A stretch of 64,000 bases of DNA from a virus (lineage: Duplodnaviria > Caudoviricetes), in the IMG/VR virus record IMGVR_UViG_3300014205_000175, positions 128,001-192,000 of that record; one strand, 5' to 3'. Within the stretch, counting starts at the first letter, position 1; the number at the start of each line of letters is the position of its first letter. Made by a program: the position numbers and the translations under genes. Below are positions 1-9,341 of this stretch, piece after piece. The notes beneath the pieces are model-generated. The model ran no database searches, was not told where the DNA came from, and was given only the letters and a program-made list of their open reading frames with translations.

Positions 1-1
1 C

Positions 2-1294
2 TACTTTTCGGTCAACGATAAACGTTCTCCGTTCCTGGTCGAAGGTGTGAATGCGGTGCTGCCCACCCAAGAACATCTGAAATCGGCTGTAGGTAAAGTG
101 ATCTTCCATCCGCTACGGGAAAACATTACTCGTGGTGAGAGCGAGGTACTGAAGAAGTATCGCAATGCTTTGACGATGCGTCTGAACGTTGTTGGTCACT
201 CGGTAGCACAATACCTGTTGAATCTGGCTTCATCGCCGGATTTGCAGAAACACCTCACGAGCGATCAGATCGATCTCATCACTACGATGGGTGACGTTGA
301 TACTAAGGCGGTCGAGAACTTCAACAAAGTAATGATGCACGCCCTTAAAGAAGACCCACACCGAGCGCTTGTCAGCATGTATTTGCGCGCCGGTGCTACA
401 GTCTTTGGTAAGAAACATGCGCGTGTATGCATCGTGAATTTCCCGATTTATGAAGCACTGGTTAGTGACGAAGAAAAAGTCTTCGGCGTCAAGCTGCGTG
501 TCAAGGATCGCGATATTTTCACGCGTCTGCATAAGTTCATGTTCCCCGGAATCGAACATCAGGATAGTTACAGCTTTGGTTCGAATAGCCGTAACGCACC
601 GTTCATGGAAGCACTGCTTGGTTCGGGAAAACTGATTGCTGCGAGATTGAATGATTTACTGAAAACCTACCGAGATTTTATTGATGACGCTGATGCGCTG
701 GAGCTCAATTGTGACTGGGTAGATGATCTCGATAACCTTGACGAACTGAGTGACGAGATCAAGCGTATTCCGACTCAAGCGGGTAATGAGGGTTCGGTGC
801 GGGTAGAAGAACGTCTCAAGGAGCAGCCTATCGAGCACGTAGTTAAGATTGAGCCCCCGACACCCCAGGTGGCTCAGCCGGCACTACAGCCGCAGGTGAT
901 GTCCCAGCAGCAATGTACGTCGATGCATGTACCGGCAGCACAGCCACCAAGCAGTAGCGGACATTTGACAGTGAAAGAGCTGTTGGCGAAAAATCCTGCT
1001 ACTGCTTACATGCCCAACCCTTTAGCGCGAGCAGCTATGATGCAACAACCGATGTATCAGCAGCAACATCAGCGTGTGCCAGGATGGGCACAAGGAGGAC
1101 AGATGATGCCGCAGCAACCGATGTATCCCCAGCAGCAGCCCATGTACCAGCAGCCCATGTACCAGCAACCGATGTATCCCCAACAGCAGCCCATATATCC
1201 GCAACAGATGCAGCAGCAGCCGATGTATCCGCAACAGATGCAACAACCCATGGTGCCGCAGCAAATGCCTGGTTATCGTCCTCCGTGGCAGTAA
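2..1294 (+). CDS. Probable PicA/Imp1 (phiKZ gp69-like) phage-nucleus import protein; 5'-truncated by the window; Q/P/M/Y-rich C-terminal tail
   Basis: Frame is open from nt 2 (YFSVNDKRSPFLVEGVNAVLPT...). Position two genes upstream of the nvRNAP beta gene, with a small reverse-strand gene between, matches the recalled phiKZ gp69-gp70-gp71 order. Identity rests on synteny only. Confidence 0.55.
   Translation, partial: YFSVNDKRSPFLVEGVNAVLPTQEHLKSAVGKVIFHPLRENITRGESEVLKKYRNALTMRLNVVGHSVAQYLLNLASSPDLQKHLTSDQIDLITTMGDVDTKAVENFNKVMMHALKEDPHRALVSMYLRAGATVFGKKHARVCIVNFPIYEALVSDEEKVFGVKLRVKDRDIFTRLHKFMFPGIEHQDSYSFGSNSRNAPFMEALLGSGKLIAARLNDLLKTYRDFIDDADALELNCDWVDDLDNLDELSDEIKRIPTQAGNEGSVRVEERLKEQPIEHVVKIEPPTPQVAQPALQPQVMSQQQCTSMHVPAAQPPSSSGHLTVKELLAKNPATAYMPNPLARAAMMQQPMYQQQHQRVPGWAQGGQMMPQQPMYPQQQPMYQQPMYQQPMYPQQQPIYPQQMQQQPMYPQQMQQPMVPQQMPGYRPPWQ
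1039..1269 (+). repeat. Coding low-complexity repeat (QQPMY[P/Q])n
   Basis: Repeated cagcarccsatgtay units encode MQQPMYQQ...PQQPMYPQQQPMYQQPMYQQPMYPQQQPIYPQQMQQQPMYPQQMQQPMV. Confidence 0.9.
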
Positions 1295-1308
1295 TAGCCC
1301 GGATGTGA

Positions 1309-1352
1309 GAACAGACCGGCTCCTGATCACGGAGCCGGTCTGTTCATTTTTT
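1309..1352. terminator. Hairpin terminator between convergent genes
   Basis: 15-bp perfect stem gaacagaccggctcc/ggagccggtctgttc, 7-nt loop, followed by a T-tract. Confidence 0.8.
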
Positions 1353-1356
1353 GTTT

Positions 1357-1692
1357 TCAGAAATGTTTTGCTGCACTGTTGTAAAGACTACTTAGCATTT
1401 CGATTTTGCTCAGATCTGGTACCCGAACTTCAGTATCTTCACCCAGATAGTCACCAGCATGTCGATAACCGTTATGCACGAGGATATAGTAATGGTAATG
1501 TTTGGGGATGTTGAGGTGATCGAGTAGTCCGTAGAAATCGCCTTGATACTTGTAGGCGATCGCTGCAGTTACCACTAACACTTTCTCACCAGCTTGATTC
1601 AGATGTGGTTTAAAACTATCGTGCCATACGCGATAATCGGCCGTGTAGAAAGAACCCGCTCCATATTTATCTTCTAAACTGTTGATCTGCAT
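1357..1692 (-). CDS. Conserved phiKZ gp70-like protein (possibly LysM/baseplate-wedge-like)
   Basis: 111-aa ORF with YQGDFYGLL...YYILVHNGY...VRVPD; synteny. Confidence 0.6.
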   Translation of the reverse strand: MQINSLEDKYGAGSFYTADYRVWHDSFKPHLNQAGEKVLVVTAAIAYKYQGDFYGLLDHLNIPKHYHYYILVHNGYRHAGDYLGEDTEVRVPDLSKIEMLSSLYNSAAKHF

Positions 1693-1707
1693 GTCTGATG
1701 TCCTTGT

Positions 1708-1727
1708 AGTTACACATTTAATAAGTG
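1708..1727 (+). promoter_or_regulatory. Putative early (virion RNAP) promoter, divergent copy
   Basis: agttacacatttaataagtg resembles the consensus AGYYACATATWTARTAMWTG; lies upstream of the nvRNAP beta gene. Confidence 0.5.
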
Positions 1728-1764
1728 GTTAGCAAGCCATAACATTTCACAAGGGGTAGCACTA

Positions 1765-2943
1765 ATGACTTATCCAAACGAACTACACTCTGAACTCATG
1801 GGAGTACATGCGCTCAATACCTATGCGCAACACAATTCTTCACCGCGTTCAGTAATGTTCTCGTCACACTTCAGTCAGAAACTCACGATCAAAGGCGGTA
1901 CTGAAAAACGTATTCAAACCGGTGCAGAAGTTGAATTTGCCAAACACACCTATGCCGTACGTATGCCAGTCGATGCCAAGATTATTCAGGTTATCGATTT
2001 GTATCCTACCAATATCGCCGAAGATTCGATTCCTGAAAACCCCGAATCGTATATCGTCTATGAGGATGTGCAAACGCACGAAATCGGTTGTGTAATAGCG
2101 CCTAAGTTTATCTCCCATCATCAGTACTTCGGTTATAAACTCAACCCGGTAAGTAACGCAGTTCCGGGTTCAGTCATCGCCAAAGACACGGTGTTGATGG
2201 ACTCTCCAGCAGTATCGGAGAACGGCGGCTATAAGTATGGCATCGAGCTTAACATGGCGTTGATGACCCAACCGGCAGTCGCTGAAGACGCGATCCTGAT
2301 ATCCGAGGATGTATTAGATCGTTTGTCGTTCAACGTCTATGAACGGCGTACGGTAGAATTCGGTAAGAGCAACTACCCACTGAACCTCTACGGCGACATG
2401 GAGAAATACAAACCCTTCCCTGAAATCGGTGAGTACGTGCGTGATGATGGGGTACTGATGATTCTGCGCGACATGGACACCGATCTGGCACCGGTGGATA
2501 TGAGCGTCTATGACGTCAGAGAGCCTGATTATACTTTCGATAAATCAGTGTATGTCAGAGGTCCGAAAGGCAAAGTGGTATCAATCCGTTCTTACCACAA
2601 CGAGCAACCGACATCTCCTACCCCTACTGGCATGATGGAGTATATGGATAAATACCCGCGAGCAATGCGGCGTTTTTATACACGGGTACTAGAAGTGGAG
2701 AATCGTCTTCGCTACGAGCGTCGCAAAAAGTTCGGTGACGATTATCTGCCGATGAAGCCAGAGTTTCATCAGCTGGTTATTGATGCGATGATGTATCTAG
2801 ACCACAAACCCATTGACAAGAAGGCTCCTCCGCTGACGCTAGAGCATCGTAAAACACCGCTGGACGATTATCGTATCGAGTTCGTTATCGAATACACGAT
2901 CCGTCCGACAGTGGGTTTCAAAATGACAGATATGCATGGTGGT
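1765..2943 (+). CDS. Non-virion RNA polymerase beta subunit (phiKZ gp71-73-like), exon 1
   Basis: RpoB motifs HNSSPRSVMFSSHFSQ, EDAILISE and VGFKMTDMHGG (compare GDKMAGRHGN). Similarity stops at nt 2943. Confidence 0.9.
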
Positions 2944-3351
2944 TTAATTGTAGTTCAGTTGGTGTATTGATTGAACTGCATGGCCTTGCCCGGTAGAGAT
3001 GCCGGAACAAAATCTTCCTTAACTGTCTGGAACACCCTTAAGGCTGCGCCACCACATGCATCCTGAAAAGAGATGTAGACGGTCTGACAACGGCGCGGAT
3101 GACCTGTACGTAGTATGTACAGTGAAAGGGGCAACCAGCAGCCAAGCTCCTACAGCTTAACAGCCATGGAGAAGGTTCAACGACTAACCGCTTACCACGG
3201 TGTAGGGCTCCGAGCGGAGTTCGAAATGGGAAGCACCCGACCGAGTGATGTCGAGGGTGAAGATATAGTCTGCCCCCGTATGAAAGTATGGGCGGGTGTC
3301 TGAGCACACCGGGATGAGACAGTAGTATGAGCGACTCGTCTGGACAATGGG
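2944..3351 (+). mobile_element. Group I self-splicing intron (408 nt, no homing endonuclease ORF)
   Basis: P-like aactgtctggaa (3021-3032), Q ggcaaccagcagccaag (3130-3146), R gttcaacgacta (3175-3186), S aagatatagtc (3260-3270); P7 gacta/tagtc. The 5' exon ends in U and the intron ends in G. Removal restores MHGG|KGVICK in frame. Confidence 0.92.
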
Positions 3352-4311
3352 AAAGGAGTTATTTGCAAGATCGAAAAACCGGAGAATATGCCGGTAGATG
3401 CTGATGGCAATCGTGCCGATATCGTCATGGCACCTGAATCCACAGTAGCACGAATGAACTTAGGTCGCGTCTATGAGATGTATGTCAGTGGGGCGTGTCG
3501 TGATACGGCTAAAACAGTACGTAAAATGCTCGCCGTAGAAGGCACACGTGAAAATCGTGTGCTGCGTTCACTCGAAGCCGTACAGCAACAAGACCCGCAG
3601 CGCATCGAGCAGACCTACAACTATCTGCTCGGCTTTTATCAACTCATTTCGGAGAAACAGCACGCTTTTTATGCCGCACTCGGGTTACCGCAACGGCTAG
3701 AACATTTAGCTAGCGTGGTGGTCGATGGGATCTATATCTACTGTCCGACCGATAACCAGAAGGAAACTCCTGATATCGTCAAGGACTTGGAGAAGGATTA
3801 CCCGCAGATCTACGGTCCGGTCGCTTATGTCGGTAACTCAGGACAACGTGTTACGACTCAGGCCAAAGTTCGCATCGCGCCGTTGTACATGATGTTGCTA
3901 GAGAAAATCGCCGATGACTGGTCGGCTGTATCTTCGGCGCGACTACAGCACTTTGGGGTATTGGCTCCGATGACTAAGTCGGAAAAGTACCTGCGCCCAT
4001 GGCATAACTCTCCGGTACGTAACATCGGTGAGACCGAAGCACGTATCTACTCGGGCTACTGCGGCCGGGAAGCGATCGCTGAGATGATGGATCGTAGCAA
4101 CAATCCTCTCGCTCATAAGCAGATCGTGCGTAACATCTTAGCTGCTGAGAAACCCGGTAACATCGATGAAGTTATCGATCGCAACATCATACCGTTAGGA
4201 GGCTCGAAACCGTTGCAACTCTTTAACCATTTCTCCATCTGCCAAGGCTGGCGTCCGGTCTATACGCCCGAGTCGCAAATCGACAACACTTTACCACCTA
4301 TCGCGCAGTAA
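3352..4311 (+). CDS. Non-virion RNA polymerase beta subunit, exon 2 (spliced product about 712 aa)
   Basis: KGVICKIEKPENMPVDADGNRADIVMAPESTVARMNLGRVYE and YMMLLEK...VRNIGETE match RpoB C-terminal motifs. Confidence 0.9.
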   Translation, partial: KGVICKIEKPENMPVDADGNRADIVMAPESTVARMNLGRVYEMYVSGACRDTAKTVRKMLAVEGTRENRVLRSLEAVQQQDPQRIEQTYNYLLGFYQLISEKQHAFYAALGLPQRLEHLASVVVDGIYIYCPTDNQKETPDIVKDLEKDYPQIYGPVAYVGNSGQRVTTQAKVRIAPLYMMLLEKIADDWSAVSSARLQHFGVLAPMTKSEKYLRPWHNSPVRNIGETEARIYSGYCGREAIAEMMDRSNNPLAHKQIVRNILAAEKPGNIDEVIDRNIIPLGGSKPLQLFNHFSICQGWRPVYTPESQIDNTLPPIAQ

Positions 4312-4324
4312 TCTTACCACACGA

Positions 4325-4351
4325 CCCCTCGCTATAACGGTGAGGGGTTTT
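4325..4351 (+). terminator. Rho-independent terminator
   Basis: cccctcgc...gtgagggg followed by tttt, after the RNAP gene. Confidence 0.65.
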
Positions 4352-4370
4352 ATCGTACAGGAGCGTCAAA

Positions 4371-4730
4371 ATGAAATATCAAGATCACGGTATGGATGAA
4401 AGTGCCCTTCGCTACATCATCAAAGAATATCTTAACCACACCCTCACGATAGATCAGTTGCAAGACCCTAAGATTAAACCGCTGATCGAAGCGTTGCGTG
4501 GATATTTTGCAGATGAGGCTGATTCTTTGGCTATCACCTATATGGCGTCTATCATGAAGATGGCCGACGAGAATATCTCCATGGCGTTTGAAATCGACGA
4601 ACATCTGAAAATCGTATTCGAGGCGATCAAAGATACCGAGTTCGTCAAGGATTTGTTGGCATCAGCGACGGTAGTGCATTGCGAGTATAACCCGCAAACA
4701 GGTGAGACTCGTCCGGTAACTCTTCACTAA
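4371..4730 (+). CDS. Hypothetical protein
   Basis: 119-aa ORF with an AGGAG RBS. Confidence 0.7.
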   Translation: MKYQDHGMDESALRYIIKEYLNHTLTIDQLQDPKIKPLIEALRGYFADEADSLAITYMASIMKMADENISMAFEIDEHLKIVFEAIKDTEFVKDLLASATVVHCEYNPQTGETRPVTLH

Positions 4731-4742
4731 GGAACAAGTAAA

Positions 4743-5096
4743 ATGAAAATTCGCAAACTATCGACTGAAACTCTTAATTTTCTAGACGAAGTTATCGCCG
4801 CTAGTAAAGAACCCAATCTCAGCGAGATCATCGAGAAAGCATATTCGACATATTCTTCACTCATTGACAATGACGGCGATGACAAAGCGATGCAGTCGAT
4901 CTTCAGTGACGTTAAATCGAGCACCGATGGTAGCAGCGTGATGAAAACCGGCTGGCAGCGGATGAACGATATGCTGCAAGGTGGCTTCAGGCGCGGAGAT
5001 TTCGTCATGATCGGCGCACTGCAACACAAGTATAAAACCGATTTGACGTTGTCGCGTGGTGGGATTGTAGAAATACAGCATGAGAAAAGCTCCTAG
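4743..5096 (+). CDS. Short protein carrying a fragment of a phiKZ-type DnaB-like helicase (ends just after the Walker A motif)
   Basis: MKTGWQRMNDMLQGGFRRGDFVMIGALQHKYKT matches the DnaB H1 region; only 117 aa. Confidence 0.7.
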   Translation: MKIRKLSTETLNFLDEVIAASKEPNLSEIIEKAYSTYSSLIDNDGDDKAMQSIFSDVKSSTDGSSVMKTGWQRMNDMLQGGFRRGDFVMIGALQHKYKTDLTLSRGGIVEIQHEKSS

Positions 5097-5331
5097 AAAA
5101 AGAGAGGGTTAGTATTCCGAGAAATACCGGGTTAGTGCAGGCGTTGTAACAGCTAGGGTAGGTAAGAAGAAGATTAACAACCGCAGTACTGCAATTCGGT
5201 TGGCTCGAATGAAGGTCATTAAATCAGGGGAAGCACTGAAAGATCCGTTCTTCATACGCGATGCAGTGGTGACTGGAGTTCTTCGTCTGTCGGTCAAAGA
5301 TGTCCAGCTTCTGATCCAGTCTAACCAGTAA
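5080..5331 (+). pseudogene. Possible basic 83-codon ORF interrupted by an in-frame TAG (5110-5112)
   Basis: ATG 5080 gives MRKAPRKREG*, then 72 further sense codons to TAA 5331, filling an otherwise empty gap. Confidence 0.3.
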
Positions 5332-5419
5332 CTTTCTTCCATTGGTTAGCCAGAGGTGAGGTTCTAGTGCCTTGCCTTTGGCCGATCTTAACACTTAACT
5401 ACCATTAGGATTTACGAGG

Positions 5420-5704
5420 ATGACCACCATCGACAGCAACTCTCTAAAAAAATACCGGAAACTACGGAAAAGAAATCGAGCTCTGATGCCGCCGTATAAG
5501 CTAGCGCAACTCTTTTACGAAATCCGAGAAAAACTCCCCGTGCCTGAAGATCACTCGTTTATGCTGGCAGTAACGCCGTTCAAAAAAAGCGTCCTCTTCA
5601 AGGCTACTTTTTTTAAACCAGAGAACGAAACGCAGGTACTAGCGGACATATCTCCGGATGCACTAGTGTTTTTCCCTGCCGATATATCCCATTTGCTCCA
5701 CTGA
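5420..5704 (+). CDS. Hypothetical protein
   Basis: 94-aa ORF with an AGGA RBS, co-oriented with neighbours. Confidence 0.6.
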   Translation: MTTIDSNSLKKYRKLRKRNRALMPPYKLAQLFYEIREKLPVPEDHSFMLAVTPFKKSVLFKATFFKPENETQVLADISPDALVFFPADISHLLH

Positions 5705-5718
5705 CACAAGGATAAAAA

Positions 5719-7623
5719 ATGAGTATTCTGTGCGATAAAGAGATCATCTCGTTGTGCGAGGGACCGAACCCGATGATCTCCCCGTTCAAATCTCATCAGG
5801 TACGCTACCGGACCTCGAATGATCCGTCGCGTAACCGTGAACGCATCGTCGATGGTGTGACCGTGTGTGATGAGAAGATCGTCTCGTACGGTACGTCTAG
5901 TTTCGGCTACGATGTACGCTGTGGTAACAAGTTCAAGATCTTCACCAACATCAATTCCACCATCGTCGACCCGAAGAATTTCGATGAGAAATCATTCGTC
6001 GAATACGAAGGCGATTGCTGCATCATCCCGCCCAATTCATTCGCTCTGGCTAATACGGTCGAGTATTTTCGCATTCCGCGCGATATCCTGACGATCTGTG
6101 TCGGTAAATCCACGTACGCTAGGTGCTTTACTGGCGATACCAAGGTAGCGCTGGTGGATGGAACCTCGGCTAGTTTCGAGGATTTGGTCGAAAGGGCGAA
6201 AACAGGTGAGCGCTTCTGGGGCTATAGTGTTGACGATGACGCTAACATCGTAGTAGCAGAACTTACCCAGCCTCGTAAGATCGGTCACGAAAGAATCATC
6301 GAAGTAGAACTGGATAATGGTGAAGTTATTAAGTGTACGCCTGATCATAAGTTCATACTTCTCGACGGCAGTTACGTTGAAGCCCAGCATCTTCAGATTA
6401 ACCAAAGCCTGATGCCTCTCTACCGAGTTGAAACACGCGGTTATGAGGCCGTCGTTCAGCCGACTACGTTTAGTTTCATTAGTACCCATCATTTATCAGA
6501 TGCGTGGAACCTTAAAAACAATGTTTATGAGGCAGGTGAAAACGAACACCGGCACCACGCAAATCATAATCGTCGGGATAACCGCCCTACCAACATCGTA
6601 CGAAAAAACGCATCCGAGCATCTTCGAGAGCATAATGCTGAAAGAATGAATGATGCTGATTATAGGAGTAGGCTCAGCGAGCTGCGTAAAGAAGCTTTCC
6701 GAAAACACGACCAAGATCCTAGTTGGCACCAAGGTTTTGTACAAAGATGCAAGGCGGCTGCAGACGCATTTTGGAATTCTGACGAACACTCGGAGACTCG
6801 TCAGAAGGTTTTGTTTGGGCGGAAGAACTATGGCGCCAACATGTCCGCTGAAGAACGCCAAAAGCGGTCCGAAATAATGCGGGTGCTGATGATGGATGTT
6901 GTCAGAAGGAAGGAAAGCGCCGAGAGATTTAATGCACTGTGGGAAGATCCTGAATTCCGTGCAAACAAAGTTAATCAGGCACGTAGTCTGAATCTCCGTA
7001 CCGAAATCACGGAATGTGAGGTAAGGGACGCTCTTGAAAAAGCAGGAACTCTGCGAGGAGCCGCGCGTTTACTGGATTGTGATCGGACGGTGTTCCGTCG
7101 TTTCCGGGATCTTGTCCTGGAGTTCAAAGATAAAATCCAAGCGGCGAGACTTTCAACTGACGACGTTCTGGATGCTCTGAGGAAAACTGGTTCTGTCAGA
7201 AAGGCTGCAAAATATCTTGACATTGGTCGGAGTAAACTTCTGTCATATAAGGAGGCTGTTAGTGCTTATTATGGTAAACCGGTAGCTGAAAATCATAAGG
7301 TGGCAGCGATCCGGGAAGTGTCGGGGACGCATGATGTTTATTGTCTTAGCGTTCCAGAGCACGGGAATTTCGCACTGGAAGCGGGAGTGTTCGTCAAGAA
7401 CTGCGGGATTATCGTAAACGTAACTCCGTTCGAACCCGAGTGGGAAGGTTTCGTGACTCTGGAGTTCTCCAACACCACTCCGCTACCGGCTAAGATCTAC
7501 GCCAACGAAGGCTGTGCGCAGGTATTGTTTTTCCGTGGTGATGTACCGTGCGAAGTCTCGTATCGTGACCGGGCAGGTAAGTACATGAACCAAGTCGCTA
7601 GCCCTGTTATCCCGCGTGTGTGA
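5719..7623 (+). CDS. dcd: dCTP deaminase with intein (mature protein about 208 aa)
   Basis: [29 protein letters not shown]|...|[40 protein letters not shown]. Confidence 0.95.
   Translation: MSILCDKEIISLCEGPNPMISPFKSHQVRYRTSNDPSRNRERIVDGVTVCDEKIVSYGTSSFGYDVRCGNKFKIFTNINSTIVDPKNFDEKSFVEYEGDCCIIPPNSFALANTVEYFRIPRDILTICVGKSTYARCFTGDTKVALVDGTSASFEDLVERAKTGERFWGYSVDDDANIVVAELTQPRKIGHERIIEVELDNGEVIKCTPDHKFILLDGSYVEAQHLQINQSLMPLYRVETRGYEAVVQPTTFSFISTHHLSDAWNLKNNVYEAGENEHRHHANHNRRDNRPTNIVRKNASEHLREHNAERMNDADYRSRLSELRKEAFRKHDQDPSWHQGFVQRCKAAADAFWNSDEHSETRQKVLFGRKNYGANMSAEERQKRSEIMRVLMMDVVRRKESAERFNALWEDPEFRANKVNQARSLNLRTEITECEVRDALEKAGTLRGAARLLDCDRTVFRRFRDLVLEFKDKIQAARLSTDDVLDALRKTGSVRKAAKYLDIGRSKLLSYKEAVSAYYGKPVAENHKVAAIREVSGTHDVYCLSVPEHGNFALEAGVFVKNCGIIVNVTPFEPEWEGFVTLEFSNTTPLPAKIYANEGCAQVLFFRGDVPCEVSYRDRAGKYMNQVASPVIPRV
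6124..7401 (+). mobile_element. Intein (426 aa) with HNH endonuclease and HTH-like regions, Ssp GyrB-like
   Basis: Block A CFTGDTKV, block B CTPDHKF, HNH-like [16 protein letters not shown], blocks [25 protein letters not shown], +1 Cys. Confidence 0.93.
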
Positions 7624-7632
7624 ACCTATCGC

Positions 7633-7667
7633 ACTTCAAGCTGCCGCGCAATCGGGCAGCTTGAAGT
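7633..7667. terminator. Hairpin / putative terminator
   Basis: Stem acttcaagctgcc/ggcagcttgaagt after dcd. Confidence 0.6.
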
Positions 7668-7694
7668 AGTTTAAAACCCTGTGAGGTATTAGGT

Positions 7695-8003
7695 GTGAGC
7701 ATTGTTCCCGAAGAAGTAATCGCTCGTATTCGTATGCTACGGCTACAGATGGTGCTACACAGTTATATCTACTACATCCTCGATGACAACCTAATCACCG
7801 ACCATCAATGGCAAAGCCGTGCCGATGAGCTCGCTCAGCTCCAAGCTCAGTATGGCGCAGTGCAGATCGGGGTGTATGATCTGGCGTTTGAAGACTGGGA
7901 TGGTTCGACTGGGTACCATCTACCCAAAGATGACTGGGCATATAGTAAGTCTTTACAGCTACTCAGATGCCGAGATCTGAAATTAGCACAGTCACATATA
8001 TAA
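7695..8003 (+). CDS. Small protein resembling N-terminal domain Ia of NAD-dependent DNA ligase
   Basis: LHSYIYYILDDNLITDHQWQ...ELAQLQ resembles LigA HxxxYYxxDxPxIxDxEYD...EL. Confidence 0.65.
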   Translation: MSIVPEEVIARIRMLRLQMVLHSYIYYILDDNLITDHQWQSRADELAQLQAQYGAVQIGVYDLAFEDWDGSTGYHLPKDDWAYSKSLQLLRCRDLKLAQSHI

Positions 8004-8053
8004 CATATGAAGACCGCCACTATCGGCTAGGTCATTTAAGAGGACTGTCAAAC

Positions 8054-8374
8054 ATGACTGAGCAAGCATGCATGGAATGCCAGGTAAAGCCTGCTACCGA
8101 GAAGATCTACATGGACTCCGATGCTTTCGGTGCTGATTACCTACATGTGTGTGAGGAGTGCAAGAAGATACACTTCTTACTCGTCAAGGAGCCCGAAACA
8201 TTCGACATCGCGACTACCGAGTGCGAGTTCAATGGTAGCCGCGAGTATCTCTGGGATCGCGATAGTAACTATCGGGTGCGGTTGTTCGACCGCACCGCAG
8301 AAGGCATCCAAGATGCTTTGACGCGGTTCAGAGAAGGTATGCAGACTGGGAAGCTATACCGGATGTTTGGATGA
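8054..8374 (+). CDS. Hypothetical Zn-finger protein
   Basis: CMEC...CEEC; start moved to ATG 8054, which follows a GAGGA RBS. Confidence 0.6.
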   Translation: MTEQACMECQVKPATEKIYMDSDAFGADYLHVCEECKKIHFLLVKEPETFDIATTECEFNGSREYLWDRDSNYRVRLFDRTAEGIQDALTRFREGMQTGKLYRMFG

Positions 8375-8435
8375 GCTACGTACCCTGACCTGATGAAGGT
8401 AGGGTACGTATTTTTTTAGCTACAAGGAGTCACTG

Positions 8436-8702
8436 GTGAAGAAAGCCCGTATCAAAGTAGGTGCCAAGATCATGCACGATTTTCAGACCTTCCGCTGGCC
8501 TGAGTGTAAACCGCCGCGCTGTTGTCCTGAAGTCGACCCCGACATGGTGTTCGATGTGCGACAGGTGCAAAACGGTAATCTCCTCTACTGGGAGTGTAGT
8601 GCCGACGGCTACGGCTACCTCAAAAGTCGCGGCGATAACGGCGAATATGGTAATGGCTCTATCGCAGTGCTTTCTGAGTTAGGCATAGAACTAATCGACT
8701 GA
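8436..8702 (+). CDS. Hypothetical protein
   Basis: GTG start with an AAGGAG RBS. Confidence 0.6.
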   Translation: MKKARIKVGAKIMHDFQTFRWPECKPPRCCPEVDPDMVFDVRQVQNGNLLYWECSADGYGYLKSRGDNGEYGNGSIAVLSELGIELID

Positions 8703-8745
8703 AATCTAGTGGAGTAGCATTCCGCTATTTCGTAACGATAAGGCT

Positions 8746-9183
8746 ATGATCATGGACAAAAAAGCTCTGGAGAAAATCGGTGGACGCAAGTTCGCTCTAG
8801 TACTACTGGTGTTTGTACTTAGCACTGCGCTGATCGTACTTACTAAGCTCGACAAAGAAACCTACCTCTCGCTCGTGCAGCTCATCATCCTCGCCTATCC
8901 TGCCGGCAATATCGCGCAACGTTTGCTAGTATCTAAGGACGATGCCGGTGTTTATCTGGAAGACGAGTTGGGGGTAGCGGGTGGACGTAAGTTCGGTTTG
9001 GTAGTGCTGATCTACGTCACGATTGCAGTACTACTGTATTTCAATCTACTCGATCCCGAGATCTACGTGACACTCACCCAATGGCTCGTAGCTACCTATA
9101 TCAGTGGCAACGTAGCGAGTAAGCTTGCCGCTGATGGATTTAACATTAGTATCGGTAGAAGTAAAACCGAAGCACCTGCCTGA
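8746..9183 (+). CDS. Four-TM membrane protein with internal duplication (holin-like?)
   Basis: Two copies of GGRKF-hydrophobic helix-LDxExY-helix-YxxGN(I/V)A. Confidence 0.65.
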   Translation: MIMDKKALEKIGGRKFALVLLVFVLSTALIVLTKLDKETYLSLVQLIILAYPAGNIAQRLLVSKDDAGVYLEDELGVAGGRKFGLVVLIYVTIAVLLYFNLLDPEIYVTLTQWLVATYISGNVASKLAADGFNISIGRSKTEAPA

Positions 9184-9273
9184 TCATACCCTCCCGCTAG
9201 TCCTACCTGTAGTGGGAGGAGGTTTTAACTCATTCTTACCGTACTAGCGTAAAGCATTTTTGGATTTTAGCAT

Positions 9274-9293
9274 AGTTACATATATAGTACATG
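9274..9293 (+). promoter_or_regulatory. Putative early promoter
   Basis: agttacatatatagtacatg; one of five near-identical intergenic copies. Confidence 0.75.
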
Positions 9294-9341
9294 GCATCGT
9301 CACCTGTTGTTTTAACCACCTAGTAACAAGGAGCTTCCATC

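Noticed and set aside
1039-1269. CRISPR-like array
   Set aside because: The repeats are short, degenerate and coding, with no unique spacers. No cas genes or array were seen anywhere in the window.
1022-1330. His/Leu- and Cys/Gly-rich ORFs in other frames
   Set aside because: These are shadows of the QQPMY repeat.
3038-3443. Short ORFs within the intron as a possible homing endonuclease
   Set aside because: They overlap the ribozyme core and lack HNH, GIY-YIG or LAGLIDADG motifs.
5110-5112. Genome-wide TAG recoding
   Set aside because: TAG ends several intact genes (e.g. 32210, 46995, 53557, 54519), and the long core genes have no internal TAG.
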